Assembly: GCA_022707965.1 (NCBI GenBank)
Contig: JAKIZO010000003.1
Location: 7,357 to 71,356 of the forward strand
Reading direction: 5' to 3'
Origin: Bacteroidota bacterium
Lineage (GTDB): Bacteria; Bacteroidota; Ignavibacteria; Kapaibacteriales; UBA2268
DNA length: 64,000 nucleotides
The position numbers and the translations under genes were made by a program. This document shows, piece after piece, positions 27,025-37,000 of the stretch. Every line of letters begins with the position of its first letter. Position 1 is the first letter of the stretch. The notes beneath the pieces were generated by a model. That model had not been told where the DNA came from. It worked only from the letters and a program-made list of their open reading frames with translations, and ran no database searches.

Positions 27025-29433
27025 ATGTTTAACTTTAACAAAGGGCTTTTCAAGATGGGAAAGTTTTATTGTTTAATTGCACTTTTTGTGTTGAATTTCT
27101 CTTTTGCTTCGGCAGAATTAGCTGAAAGCCGCGACACACTTCGCGCTTTCAAAACACCAAGTATCACAATTTCGACAAACAGGGCAGAGGAGCGACGCAG
27201 TCCCGTCCCATTTGCTCAAATTACTGTTTCAGAAGTCGAACGAAGGCATACCGTCAAAGACTTGCCGATGATGCTTTCCGAACTTCCTTCTATTCTCGTT
27301 TTCTCTGAAAGTGGTGCAGGAGTTGGATATTCTAACTTAACTATGCGTGGTTTTAACCAGAGACGTATTGCTGTGCTTGTCAATGGAGTTCCACAAAACG
27401 ACCCCGAAGACCACAATATGTATTGGATTAATTTTCCCGATATTGCTGCAAGTATCGATAACATCCAGGTTCAGCGTGGTGCGGGCTTGTCCAATTTTGG
27501 TTTTCCTGCAATAGGAGGGAGCATCAATCTCGAAACTTCTAATTTTACTGTTCAGCCCGGTGCAACTCTGGAAACTGGTGTTGGTTTTCAGCAATTTGGC
27601 GATAATTATGAACAAAATACGAGCAAATACTCAATTCAGGCTTCATCTGGTATTATAGATGATAAATATGCTGTTTATGCTCGTCTTTCGCGTATTAATT
27701 CATTTGGTTACCGCGATGTTTCGTGGGCTCGTCTAAATGGGTATTTCCTCGGATTTGCTCGCTTCGATGGCAATTTAACTACACAAATCAATGTTTTCGG
27801 AGGTCCTTTTGCTGATGGTTTGGCTTACAATGGACTGCCAAAATCATATATCAAAGACAAAAATCTACGACGCCACAATTATAATTTCTGGATGTACGAT
27901 TCCACCGGGCAAAACATTTCCTGGATTACTGTCCGAAGAAAACAGGAAATCGAGAATTTCTCCCAACCACACTACGAAATGCTAAACGATTGGAAAATTA
28001 CCGACAATTTAACTCTGAAATCAACTTTATTTTTCTATTCCGGCAAAGGCTTCTTCGATTTTGATGGAACTGGCTGGATGAACAAAGAAACGTTCAGACT
28101 TACGCCCGAAAATGGCTTTCCTGCTGATGTCCAAGACCCCGAAAATTCTATCATTCGAGCTTTTGTTTACAATCGACAGGGCGGATGGATACCTCGCTTG
28201 CAATTGCAGCACGACAATGGCTTGCTTACTTTTGGGGGCGAAGTCCGTATTCATCGCTCAGAGCATTGGGGAAAAATTCGATATGCTGAAAACTTACCCG
28301 CAAACTTCAATCCTGACTACAAGTTCTATTCATATAATGGAGAGCGTGATATTTTCTCATTCTTTGTTAGAGAAGAACATAATATCTCTGATAATTTAAT
28401 TCTTACGGGCGAGCTTCAAACAGTAATTCATTCATACAGAATAACTAACGAGAAAGCAGGAATTAATTATACCAAGTATGTCAACATCAAAGGAGACACA
28501 GTTGGTAATGGTGGTGATTTATTCAATATACATTATTTCTTCGTAAATCCTCGAATTGGAGTGAATTATAATTTAGACGAAAAGTCTAATATTTATTCTT
28601 TCGTTGCCTATACTTCTCGTGAACCTCGAATGAAAAACCTTTACGACGCAAGTAGTAGCTACACAGGGAAAAAACCGCTCTTTAAAGGTGAGAAAATGCC
28701 CGATGGCACCGTTAGATACGATTTCTCTGAACCTATTATCAAACCCGAATCAATGCTAAATTTTGAACTTGGCTACAATTTGAGAGCGGACAATTACTTT
28801 TTCAACATCAATGCTTACTGGATGGAACATTTCGACGAATTTGTTAAAAGTGGAAAATTAGATATTTTCGGCAATCCCATTGATGGTAATGCTCCTCGCA
28901 CTCGTCATTTCGGTGTCGAATTACAGGCTTCCGCTAATATTTTCGATTTACCATTCGGAAAACTTGATATTTCCGGCAACCTAACATTAAGCAAAAATTA
29001 CATTATTAAATATGACTTTCTAACTGACCACGGTGCAACTGTTTCTCTTAAAGATAATCGTATTGCAGGTTTTCCTGATGTTCTGGGAAATCTACGATTA
29101 ACATATCAAATTGGTGATTTCTACCTGTCGCTTTTGAGCAAATATGTAGGTGAATTTAGAACCGATAACTTCGGTGATATGCTTAAAACTAACGAAGACA
29201 TTCGCAAACACCTGGACTGGGACTACTACACCGATAACGTGGTCGAGGCATACAATATTTATGATTTAGATATGTCCTACACTTTCAGCAAAGTTTTGGG
29301 TCTAAACTCAATTGAACTTCGTGCAAGTGTCTACAACCTTTTCAATAAACTTTATGCTGCAAGCGGTGAAGGCAAAGAATTCTTCCCAGCAGCCGAACGC
29401 AATGTCTATCTTGGATTTAGAATTCAAATGTAA
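27025..29433 (+). CDS. TonB-dependent outer-membrane receptor (TPP-riboswitch controlled, putative thiamin/precursor uptake)
   Basis: 802 aa with a signal peptide, a plug domain (NLTMRGFNQRRIAVLVNGVPQND) and a C-terminal barrel ending in an aromatic-rich strand. The start is 27025 or ATG 27055. Confidence 0.9.
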   Translation: MFNFNKGLFKMGKFYCLIALFVLNFSFASAELAESRDTLRAFKTPSITISTNRAEERRSPVPFAQITVSEVERRHTVKDLPMMLSELPSILVFSESGAGVGYSNLTMRGFNQRRIAVLVNGVPQNDPEDHNMYWINFPDIAASIDNIQVQRGAGLSNFGFPAIGGSINLETSNFTVQPGATLETGVGFQQFGDNYEQNTSKYSIQASSGIIDDKYAVYARLSRINSFGYRDVSWARLNGYFLGFARFDGNLTTQINVFGGPFADGLAYNGLPKSYIKDKNLRRHNYNFWMYDSTGQNISWITVRRKQEIENFSQPHYEMLNDWKITDNLTLKSTLFFYSGKGFFDFDGTGWMNKETFRLTPENGFPADVQDPENSIIRAFVYNRQGGWIPRLQLQHDNGLLTFGGEVRIHRSEHWGKIRYAENLPANFNPDYKFYSYNGERDIFSFFVREEHNISDNLILTGELQTVIHSYRITNEKAGINYTKYVNIKGDTVGNGGDLFNIHYFFVNPRIGVNYNLDEKSNIYSFVAYTSREPRMKNLYDASSSYTGKKPLFKGEKMPDGTVRYDFSEPIIKPESMLNFELGYNLRADNYFFNINAYWMEHFDEFVKSGKLDIFGNPIDGNAPRTRHFGVELQASANIFDLPFGKLDISGNLTLSKNYIIKYDFLTDHGATVSLKDNRIAGFPDVLGNLRLTYQIGDFYLSLLSKYVGEFRTDNFGDMLKTNEDIRKHLDWDYYTDNVVEAYNIYDLDMSYTFSKVLGLNSIELRASVYNLFNKLYAASGEGKEFFPAAERNVYLGFRIQM

Positions 29434-29477
29434 ATATATCTTTAATTGAAGTAAATTACAGTCTCAAAAGTATTGTT

Positions 29478-29509
29478 AACCTTCGGAAGGTTTCCGCCCT
29501 TCCGAAGGT
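29478..29509. repeat. Palindromic intergenic repeat, copy 1
   Basis: AACCTTCGGAAGGTTTCCGCCCTTCCGAAGGT. A near-identical copy lies at 37788-37820. Confidence 0.7.
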
Positions 29510-29653
29510 ATTAGTAAAGTTGTTGAAAAACGTTGTAGGGAAAAATTATGATAATTATGTAGAGGCTCATAACTTTGAAACACCTGGAGAAACTTGATGA
29601 TATTTATTTAATGTTCTCTTTTCAAACAGCCCCAGGATTACAAATAACTTTTC

Positions 29654-30391
29654 TTATTTCATTCCTATAAAAGCCGACATTCTTCCTGAGCGGTCCCTGT
29701 CTCTACGAAATGAATGAAAGCGACTATCTTCAATTGTGCAAATTTCAGATATTTCAATGTTTTTCTCTATTACACCACAATTAAGAAGTTGTTCTTTTAT
29801 TGCTCCTTTAATATCGAGTAAAAATTTATCATTACCAACCGGTTTGGTGAATTTTTCATCAAAGAGTTCAGCTACTTCTTGCCCTACTTCATAGTTTTTC
29901 ATTCCCGCAGATGGCGAAATCCACACAATCATATCTTTCGCTGAACACCCGAAATTTTCTTCCATTTTCTGTATTCCTTTTGCTACAATGTTTTTCTGAG
30001 TGCCTCGCCAACCCGAATGAAATGCACCGATTACTTCTTTTTGCTCATCATAAATCAAAACAGCAGCACAATCTGCAACTGTTACATTTAGTACAACATT
30101 TTTCAGATTGGTTATCATTCCATCGGAAATGTTTATTTCGTGAATATTTATACTATCAATTACCTGAATACAATCACTATGTTCCTGCTTTTGAAAAGCT
30201 AAATATTGCCGTTTCAATCCAAGATTATTTGCAAGTATTACCCTGAAATATTCAACTTCTTCAATGCTAAAAATTTTAGCAGGAAAAATAGAAAACCCCG
30301 AAGAAAATCTATCAAAATTTGTTTCGGTTATTCCTGCAATAATTCTATTTTGTGGGAAAATATTTGGCTTGTGAATTTTAATCTTCATCAA
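29654..30391 (-). CDS. pgeF: Peptidoglycan editing factor / polyphenol-oxidase-like YfiH (DUF152) family
   Basis: 245 aa with motifs TADCAAVLIYD, FHSGWRGT and the C-terminal FHSFRRD. Confidence 0.85.
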   Translation of the reverse strand: MMKIKIHKPNIFPQNRIIAGITETNFDRFSSGFSIFPAKIFSIEEVEYFRVILANNLGLKRQYLAFQKQEHSDCIQVIDSINIHEINISDGMITNLKNVVLNVTVADCAAVLIYDEQKEVIGAFHSGWRGTQKNIVAKGIQKMEENFGCSAKDMIVWISPSAGMKNYEVGQEVAELFDEKFTKPVGNDKFLLDIKGAIKEQLLNCGVIEKNIEISEICTIEDSRFHSFRRDRDRSGRMSAFIGMK

Positions 30392-32279
30392 TTACCTCAA
30401 TAATTTGAGAAACGAAAGTATTTGGAAAAAGCTCTGCTTCTAATTCCTTCTGAGCAGATGGGGAAAGCTCTATATATTCGAATTTACGCTTTTCCCGCAG
30501 TTTATCAGCTGTATTTATTCCTGCATTTCCATTTACAGCAATAATTAATTCATCAGGAATTCTTGCTAAATAATCTACTAAATAATAATCGTTTCTTGGA
30601 TATTGAGCAGGCTTTCTATCAGCAAGATACACAAATACTGTATCTTTGCTATATCTGAATAATGAAGCAACTAGCTGATTGCGTGGGAAAATTTTTTTGT
30701 TCTTTACAGTGTAGCTCTCATAAGTTGGTTTTGCGTAAAAAATAAACAAAGGTATCATTAAAATACTAACAACTGTTCTCGAAATAGCAAGCCTATTGTT
30801 ACTTGAAGAAAAAATATAGATTATCGCAAAACTAAAAAATAACGAATAATAAAGCGAAACATCTCCTGAAATATACGAAAAGGGAATTGAGACTAAAATC
30901 TGATTGATTTTGTTTGTCAGCAGCAGCAAAAAAGTTACAAAATATGCGTAATATGATGCGACCGTGAAACTAACTAAGGATATTATTATTGCTAACAATG
31001 AACCTATTAACACTAATGAAAATATTGGCACAACAAACAAATTAGCAACAAATGAAATCAATGAAAATGTCTTAAAATAATATGCTATGAGCGGTGCAAG
31101 AATTGCTGAGGCAGAGAAAGTAATGGCTATACTTCCTCTTACATAATTTAAAATTTCACTTTTATCCGAAATTATATTTTTCAGAAAATTGTTTATTGGG
31201 TTAAAGAACATTGATATACCCAATATTGCAAGCGAGGACATCTGGAAACTGACTGAATATATTAAATTTGGCGAAAATACAATCGATAAAAATACAACTG
31301 CACTCGCCACATTTAGCAAAGTGTATTGCTTCTGATAGTACCTTGCATACAAAATCATTATTGCCATTAAACTTGCTCGCACCGCCGATGGCTGAAATTC
31401 TGTGATAAAATTATAAACTAACAGTATGAAAACAAAAACCAAAAATTTTATGTGATGATTTCCAAATATTCCAATAAATATATATACTACGAAGCTGATT
31501 ACACCTATGTGCAAACCGCTTAAAGCAAGCACGTGTGCCGTTCCCGAGAGAGCATAAAGTTGCCTTGTCTCAGGTGTTATTGCTGATTTATCTCCCAGAA
31601 GTATTGCATTGACAATACTACTTCGTTCGCTATCGAACAATTTGCCCGATTTGCTTTTTATTCCTTCCCGAACTAAATCTCTTAAATAGTATATGTTTAT
31701 TGGTTTGCTTACAATAGACACTTTTTCCGCAGTAGCAATCCACTGAATGTCCAGCCCCGCATAATATTTCTCTTCATCAAACTCATTAGGCAAAACTTTT
31801 TTTCTTGGTAAGCGTATTTTCCCATAAAATTTTACTCTATCGCCCGAATATAAATCAAATTCTGGATTGTAATATTTAACATATACCTTTTGTTTGAAAG
31901 GACGTTTGAAGTTTGGGACATACACTTTGCCTTTAAATACAAAGTTAATTTTATTTTCTGATTTGTTTTTAATGGATATAATCTTCCCATCGCAAAATGT
32001 TTTAAATTCAAGGTCAATTGGATACGGATTGCTCAATCTTGTCGCAGGAACAATAACAGCATAAATAGACCCGAAAAGTAGCGAAATGAACGCAAAAGAC
32101 CAAAAATATAGTTTCTTTCTATATGCCAATATAATAATCGATAACGAGATTATTGCTAATACATAGATTAAGTAACCAACATTAGGAAGTAAATTTATTA
32201 TAATAAAACCGATGAGAAAAGAAATAAGTGCAAAAAATAGAGGTATTTCTGAATATCTATATCCCAGAAACTTACTCAT
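30378..32279 (-). CDS. comEC: ComEC/Rec2-family DNA internalisation channel (no metallo-beta-lactamase domain visible)
   Basis: 633 aa. N-terminal DUF4131-like OB region and competence domain (LYALSGTAHVLALSGLHIG) with multiple TM helices. No HxHxDH motif in the C-terminus. Confidence 0.82.
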   Translation of the reverse strand: MSKFLGYRYSEIPLFFALISFLIGFIIINLLPNVGYLIYVLAIISLSIIILAYRKKLYFWSFAFISLLFGSIYAVIVPATRLSNPYPIDLEFKTFCDGKIISIKNKSENKINFVFKGKVYVPNFKRPFKQKVYVKYYNPEFDLYSGDRVKFYGKIRLPRKKVLPNEFDEEKYYAGLDIQWIATAEKVSIVSKPINIYYLRDLVREGIKSKSGKLFDSERSSIVNAILLGDKSAITPETRQLYALSGTAHVLALSGLHIGVISFVVYIFIGIFGNHHIKFLVFVFILLVYNFITEFQPSAVRASLMAIMILYARYYQKQYTLLNVASAVVFLSIVFSPNLIYSVSFQMSSLAILGISMFFNPINNFLKNIISDKSEILNYVRGSIAITFSASAILAPLIAYYFKTFSLISFVANLFVVPIFSLVLIGSLLAIIISLVSFTVASYYAYFVTFLLLLTNKINQILVSIPFSYISGDVSLYYSLFFSFAIIYIFSSSNNRLAISRTVVSILMIPLFIFYAKPTYESYTVKNKKIFPRNQLVASLFRYSKDTVFVYLADRKPAQYPRNDYYLVDYLARIPDELIIAVNGNAGINTADKLREKRKFEYIELSPSAQKELEAELFPNTFVSQIIEVIDED

Positions 32280-32941
32280 TATACCCCAAAACCCTCATCA
32301 TTTAGATATATTGAGTAGAGTTTCCTATAAAACTTTACCGATTGTTCATCATATTTTGCAGGTGAATAAATGCCTTTAATGATAAATATGTTACTTTGTT
32401 TATCAAATTCCATCACAAACCGAAAAATTCGATCCTGTTTGTGCTGAAACATTACATCTAAATCAAAAGTCCCGTTTTTATTTTCAGTGAAATTAACCAT
32501 AATGAATTTTCCCGACAGGTAGCCTTCCTGGTACAACCGCACAAAAGAGTAAATTTCATCGTTATTAGATAATTTACCCAAATTTGAATTTCCACTTCCG
32601 TCAAAAGCAAATTTGGTAATATATTTATTTGTCGACTGATTAGCATTAAACAAATCAATAGCGTTTCTCAAACTGATAGTATGGCTGTTTTCGTGTTTTG
32701 CTTTTAAAAGTTTTTGCTTGTTAAGAAGATTTGTATCTATCTCATTCAAAGTATTATTGCCTGTCTGATTATCTTCAAAATACACCTGACAGGTATCACC
32801 ACCTAATTTTGATTTCTTGTCTTCATTATGCTTATCATCGTTTACCGTTTGCTTTTTGCTTTCGGCAGTACCATCTTTCTTTTCAGGGCTATCGCAAGAA
32901 ACTATGAACAAAATGAAAAATAATAGTAAAAAATTTCTCAT
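32279..32941 (-). CDS. Hypothetical lipoprotein
   Basis: 220 aa with lipobox FIVSC. I recognise no family. Confidence 0.5.
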   Translation of the reverse strand: MRNFLLLFFILFIVSCDSPEKKDGTAESKKQTVNDDKHNEDKKSKLGGDTCQVYFEDNQTGNNTLNEIDTNLLNKQKLLKAKHENSHTISLRNAIDLFNANQSTNKYITKFAFDGSGNSNLGKLSNNDEIYSFVRLYQEGYLSGKFIMVNFTENKNGTFDLDVMFQHKQDRIFRFVMEFDKQSNIFIIKGIYSPAKYDEQSVKFYRKLYSIYLNDEGFGV

Positions 32942-33008
32942 AAACAGCCATTAGAATGATTATGAAAATCTAAATTAATAAAAATCTAAAACTATACCAT
33001 CAACAAAT

Positions 33009-33995
33009 TTATTTTTGATTTTCGATTTGCTGTGATATCTCTTCTGCATATTTCAGTGCTTTGGCAGCAGAATAAGCATCAACAGCAATCGGTTCATTAT
33101 ACTTTATAGCGTTAATAAATGCTTTTTGTTCTTCTTCAATAGCATTTAATTTCGGCACAGATGGTTTGGAATAATATATATTCTGGTTTTTCAACCCATC
33201 TTGAATTGAACCAAGAAGATGAGCATATTCAGCATTTTCAGCAGAAACATTCTCGGATAAGTAAAAATGTTCGACTTCTTGATTACCGAAATCAATCGAA
33301 ATATAAGCGTTTTTCTGAAATATTCTCATCTTTCGCATTGGGTGTGCCGAAAGCCTTGATGCCGTGAGATTCGCAACTGCTCCGTTCTCAAATTTTATTC
33401 TTGCATTTGCTATATCAATTGTATCAGTAATCACCGATACACCTGTCGCATCAAGCGTTTTAATTTCCGAATTTACCAGCCATAGCATTAAATCAATATC
33501 GTGTATCATCAAGTCGTGAATAACCGAAACATCTGTTGCTCGTGGCTTAAACTGGCTTAATCGGTGGGCTTCGATAAACATCGGTTCTATTCGAGTTTCC
33601 TTCAATGCTTTAATTGCGGGATTAAATCGTTCGACGTGACCAACTTGAATAAGCACTTTGCTTTTTTCTGCCAGTTCGATTAATTTTACTGCTTCTTCAT
33701 AAGTCGAAGTAATTGGCTTTTCAATAAAACAGTGCTTGTTGTTCTCAATCGCCAATTCTGCAACTTCATAATGAGTTGTTGTTGGGCTTGCAATTGTAAC
33801 AGCATCAACATTCTGGAATAATTCATCAAGCGAATCAAATGATTTAATAAAATACTCATTTGCTATATTTATACCTTTGTCTTTATCTACATCGTAAATC
33901 CCAACTAAATCTACATCAAGATTATGCTTCCACAATTTTGTGTGAATTGAACCAAGATGACCTGTTCCAATAACTCCAATTTTAATTTTTCGCAT
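33009..33995 (-). CDS. Gfo/Idh/MocA-family NAD(P)-dependent oxidoreductase
   Basis: 328 aa. Rossmann start IGVIGTGHLG and the EKP motif (CFIEKPIT). Confidence 0.85.
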   Translation of the reverse strand: MRKIKIGVIGTGHLGSIHTKLWKHNLDVDLVGIYDVDKDKGINIANEYFIKSFDSLDELFQNVDAVTIASPTTTHYEVAELAIENNKHCFIEKPITSTYEEAVKLIELAEKSKVLIQVGHVERFNPAIKALKETRIEPMFIEAHRLSQFKPRATDVSVIHDLMIHDIDLMLWLVNSEIKTLDATGVSVITDTIDIANARIKFENGAVANLTASRLSAHPMRKMRIFQKNAYISIDFGNQEVEHFYLSENVSAENAEYAHLLGSIQDGLKNQNIYYSKPSVPKLNAIEEEQKAFINAIKYNEPIAVDAYSAAKALKYAEEISQQIENQK

Positions 33996-34038
33996 TTTAT
34001 TTCACCAAATATTTATAAAAAACATTTATATCTTATTT

Positions 34039-37000
34039 TTAAAACTTCATAGCTTCGTCTATAATCTTTTCTTGCTCCATAAGGTGCTTTTTATATGAAC
34101 CCGTTGCAGTTGCAGCAGAAGCGCGGCGCCCAATATAACGAAATCTATTTTTAAAATCATCAATCATTTCTATAAAAATTGGATATAAATAGGGGAATGC
34201 ACCCATATTTTGTGGTTCTTCCTGAACCCATATAATTTCTTTTACATTTGAGTAACTATCAATGACATTTTGAAGCAATTCTTTATGCAGCGGATATAAT
34301 TGTTCAATTCTTACAATCGCAATATTAGCTATATTTCTCTTTGTTCTTTCTTCAAGTAGTTCATAATAAATTTTGCCCGTGCACAAAATTAATCTATCTA
34401 CTTTATCTCTATCTACTGTATTATCATCGTAGATGTGATGAAATTCACCATATATAAATTCATCTCTTTTTGATACTGCAAGCGGATGCCGCAACATTGA
34501 TTTTGGTGTCATAAGTATCAAAGGCAATTTGTGAGTTAATAGCAACTGACGTCGCAATGCATGGAAATAGTTAGACGGTGTTGTGAAATTCCCTACAATC
34601 ATATTTTCATCAGCACATAACTGTAAATAACGTTCTAATCGAGCACTCGAATGTTCAGAACCCTGCCCGTCGTAACCGTGAGGTAGCAATACTACCAGAT
34701 TAGAATTTTGCCCCCATTTGACTTCGCCGCAACTTATGTATTGGTCGAAAAATGTTTGAGCATTATTTGCAAAATCCCCAAATTGTGCTTCCCATACCGT
34801 TAAATCGCTATCGGCAATAATACTGTACCCATATTCATACCCAAGCGTTGCTACTTCCGACAACGGACTATCGAATATTCGCATTCTACCTTGATTTTTG
34901 CGTATGTGATTTAACGGAATATATATATCTTCATTAAAATAATCAAAAAGAACTGCGTGCCGTTGACTGAACGTCCCACGTCTGCTGTCCTGCCCGCTAA
35001 ATCTAACATCTCGACCCTCCACCAGCAAAGAACCAAAAGCAAGTGCCTCTGCCATAGCCCAATCTATTGCTCCTTCACCATCGAACACCATTTCATATCG
35101 CTTCTTAACAAATTGCTTTAATTTAGGGTTCAAATTGAAATTTTCAGGTATTGTTGTTATTGCTGTTGTGATTTCTTTAAGCAAATTATCGTGAATGGCA
35201 GTAAAATATGGAGAAAGTGTTCGACCCTCTTTCAAATAGAACTCAAATTTCTTTTGTCCTTTGAAAATCACTCGATTATTATATGCTTCTTCATATTTTA
35301 ATTTTATTTGCGATAAGTAATTATCAACATCTTGATTTGAGATAACTTTTTCTCTAATTAACTCATTCTGATAAATTTTAGAAATTGGCGGCATTGACTT
35401 GATTTTTTTATAGAGCAATGGTTGAGTGTATGTCGGTTCATCGCCTTCATTGTGTCCATATTTGCGATAGCATAATAAATCAATAATAACATCGCTTTTA
35501 AAAGTTTCTCTGTATTCCATTGCAAATACAGCAGCTTCGACTACTGCTTCGGGGTCGTTGCCGTTTACGTGCAAAATTGGGGACTGTATCATCTTTGCTA
35601 TGTCGGTAGCATAATAAGTTGAACGAGAGGCATCCGATGGAGTTGTAAACCCAATTTGATTATTCACGACAATATGAATGGTTCCACCTACTTTATAGCC
35701 TTCCAATTGCGATAAGTTTAATGTTTCCGCCACAATGCCCTGTCCCGCAAACGCTGCGTCTCCGTGAATGTTTATCGGTAACGCTTTGGAATATGTCCCG
35801 TCCTGTATTCTATTATCAATTGCCCTTGCCATTCCCGCAATTACCGGATTAACTAATTCAAGGTGACTTGGATTTGGCGATAGAAGTATCTCTACTGTAT
35901 GTCCATTTTTCCCCGTGTATTTCCCTTTGTCTCCTAAATGGTATTTTACATCTCCTGCTGCTTGGTCTAATTCAGGCGCGTAATCACCCTCGAATTCATT
36001 AAATATCAGCTCAGGTTTCTTCCCAACATTATTGACCAATACATTCAAACGCCCACGATGAGCCATTCCAATAACTATTGAATGAAGTTGATGTTCAGCT
36101 GCTTTTTCAAATAATTGCGAAAGTAGAACAATTAAAGTTTCTCCACCTTCAAGCGAAAATCTCTTGTGTCCAATAAACTTTGTATGTAAATAGTTCTCAA
36201 AAAATTCAGCGTCGATCAATTTATGCAATATTTCTACTTTTTTCTCATTTGAAATCTTTGGTTTCAAACTCTTTGTTTCAAGCTTCGTTTTTATCCATTC
36301 TTTTTTGTCAGGTGCTTGGATGTGCATAAATTCATATCCAATGTGCCCGCAATATGTGCTACGAAGTATCTCGAAAATTTCCCTGAAAGTTAGTTCGTTC
36401 CTTTCCCAGCTATCGTCAGCGTGGAAGTATCTATCTAAATCCCAGATTGTAAGCCCATAATATGCTGGGTCTAATTCGGGATAATAATAAACTGCTCTAC
36501 CTAATGGATTACTCGAAGCAAGTAGATGTCCCCTCACTCGGTAAGCATTAATCATCAGCATTATATGTGCATTCTTCTCAATTTTGTCTTCAAAATTCAA
36601 CGGATATGCTTTTTTGTTCTCTATATCCGTCTGCCAGTGGAGTGGCTCGAAAGGAACATCTAAACTATAAAATATCTGGTAGTAAAAATTATTTTTCCCC
36701 AACAACAAATTTGAAATGTATGCCAAAAATTCTGCACTTTCTGCACCCTGAATTATCCTGTGGTCGTATGTTGAGGTTATTGTTACAACTTTTGAAATTG
36801 CCATATCTGTAAGTATTGCGGGATTTACCGCTTGAAACTCTGTCGGATAATCTATCGACCCCGTTGCTACAATCAATCCCTGCCCTTTCATTAATCTTGG
36901 ACTGGAATGAGTTGTCCCAATCATTCCTGGATTTGTTAATGTAACTGTTGTCCCTTCCAAATCTGTTAAATCAAGCCTATTGTTGCGTGCTTTTTCAATC

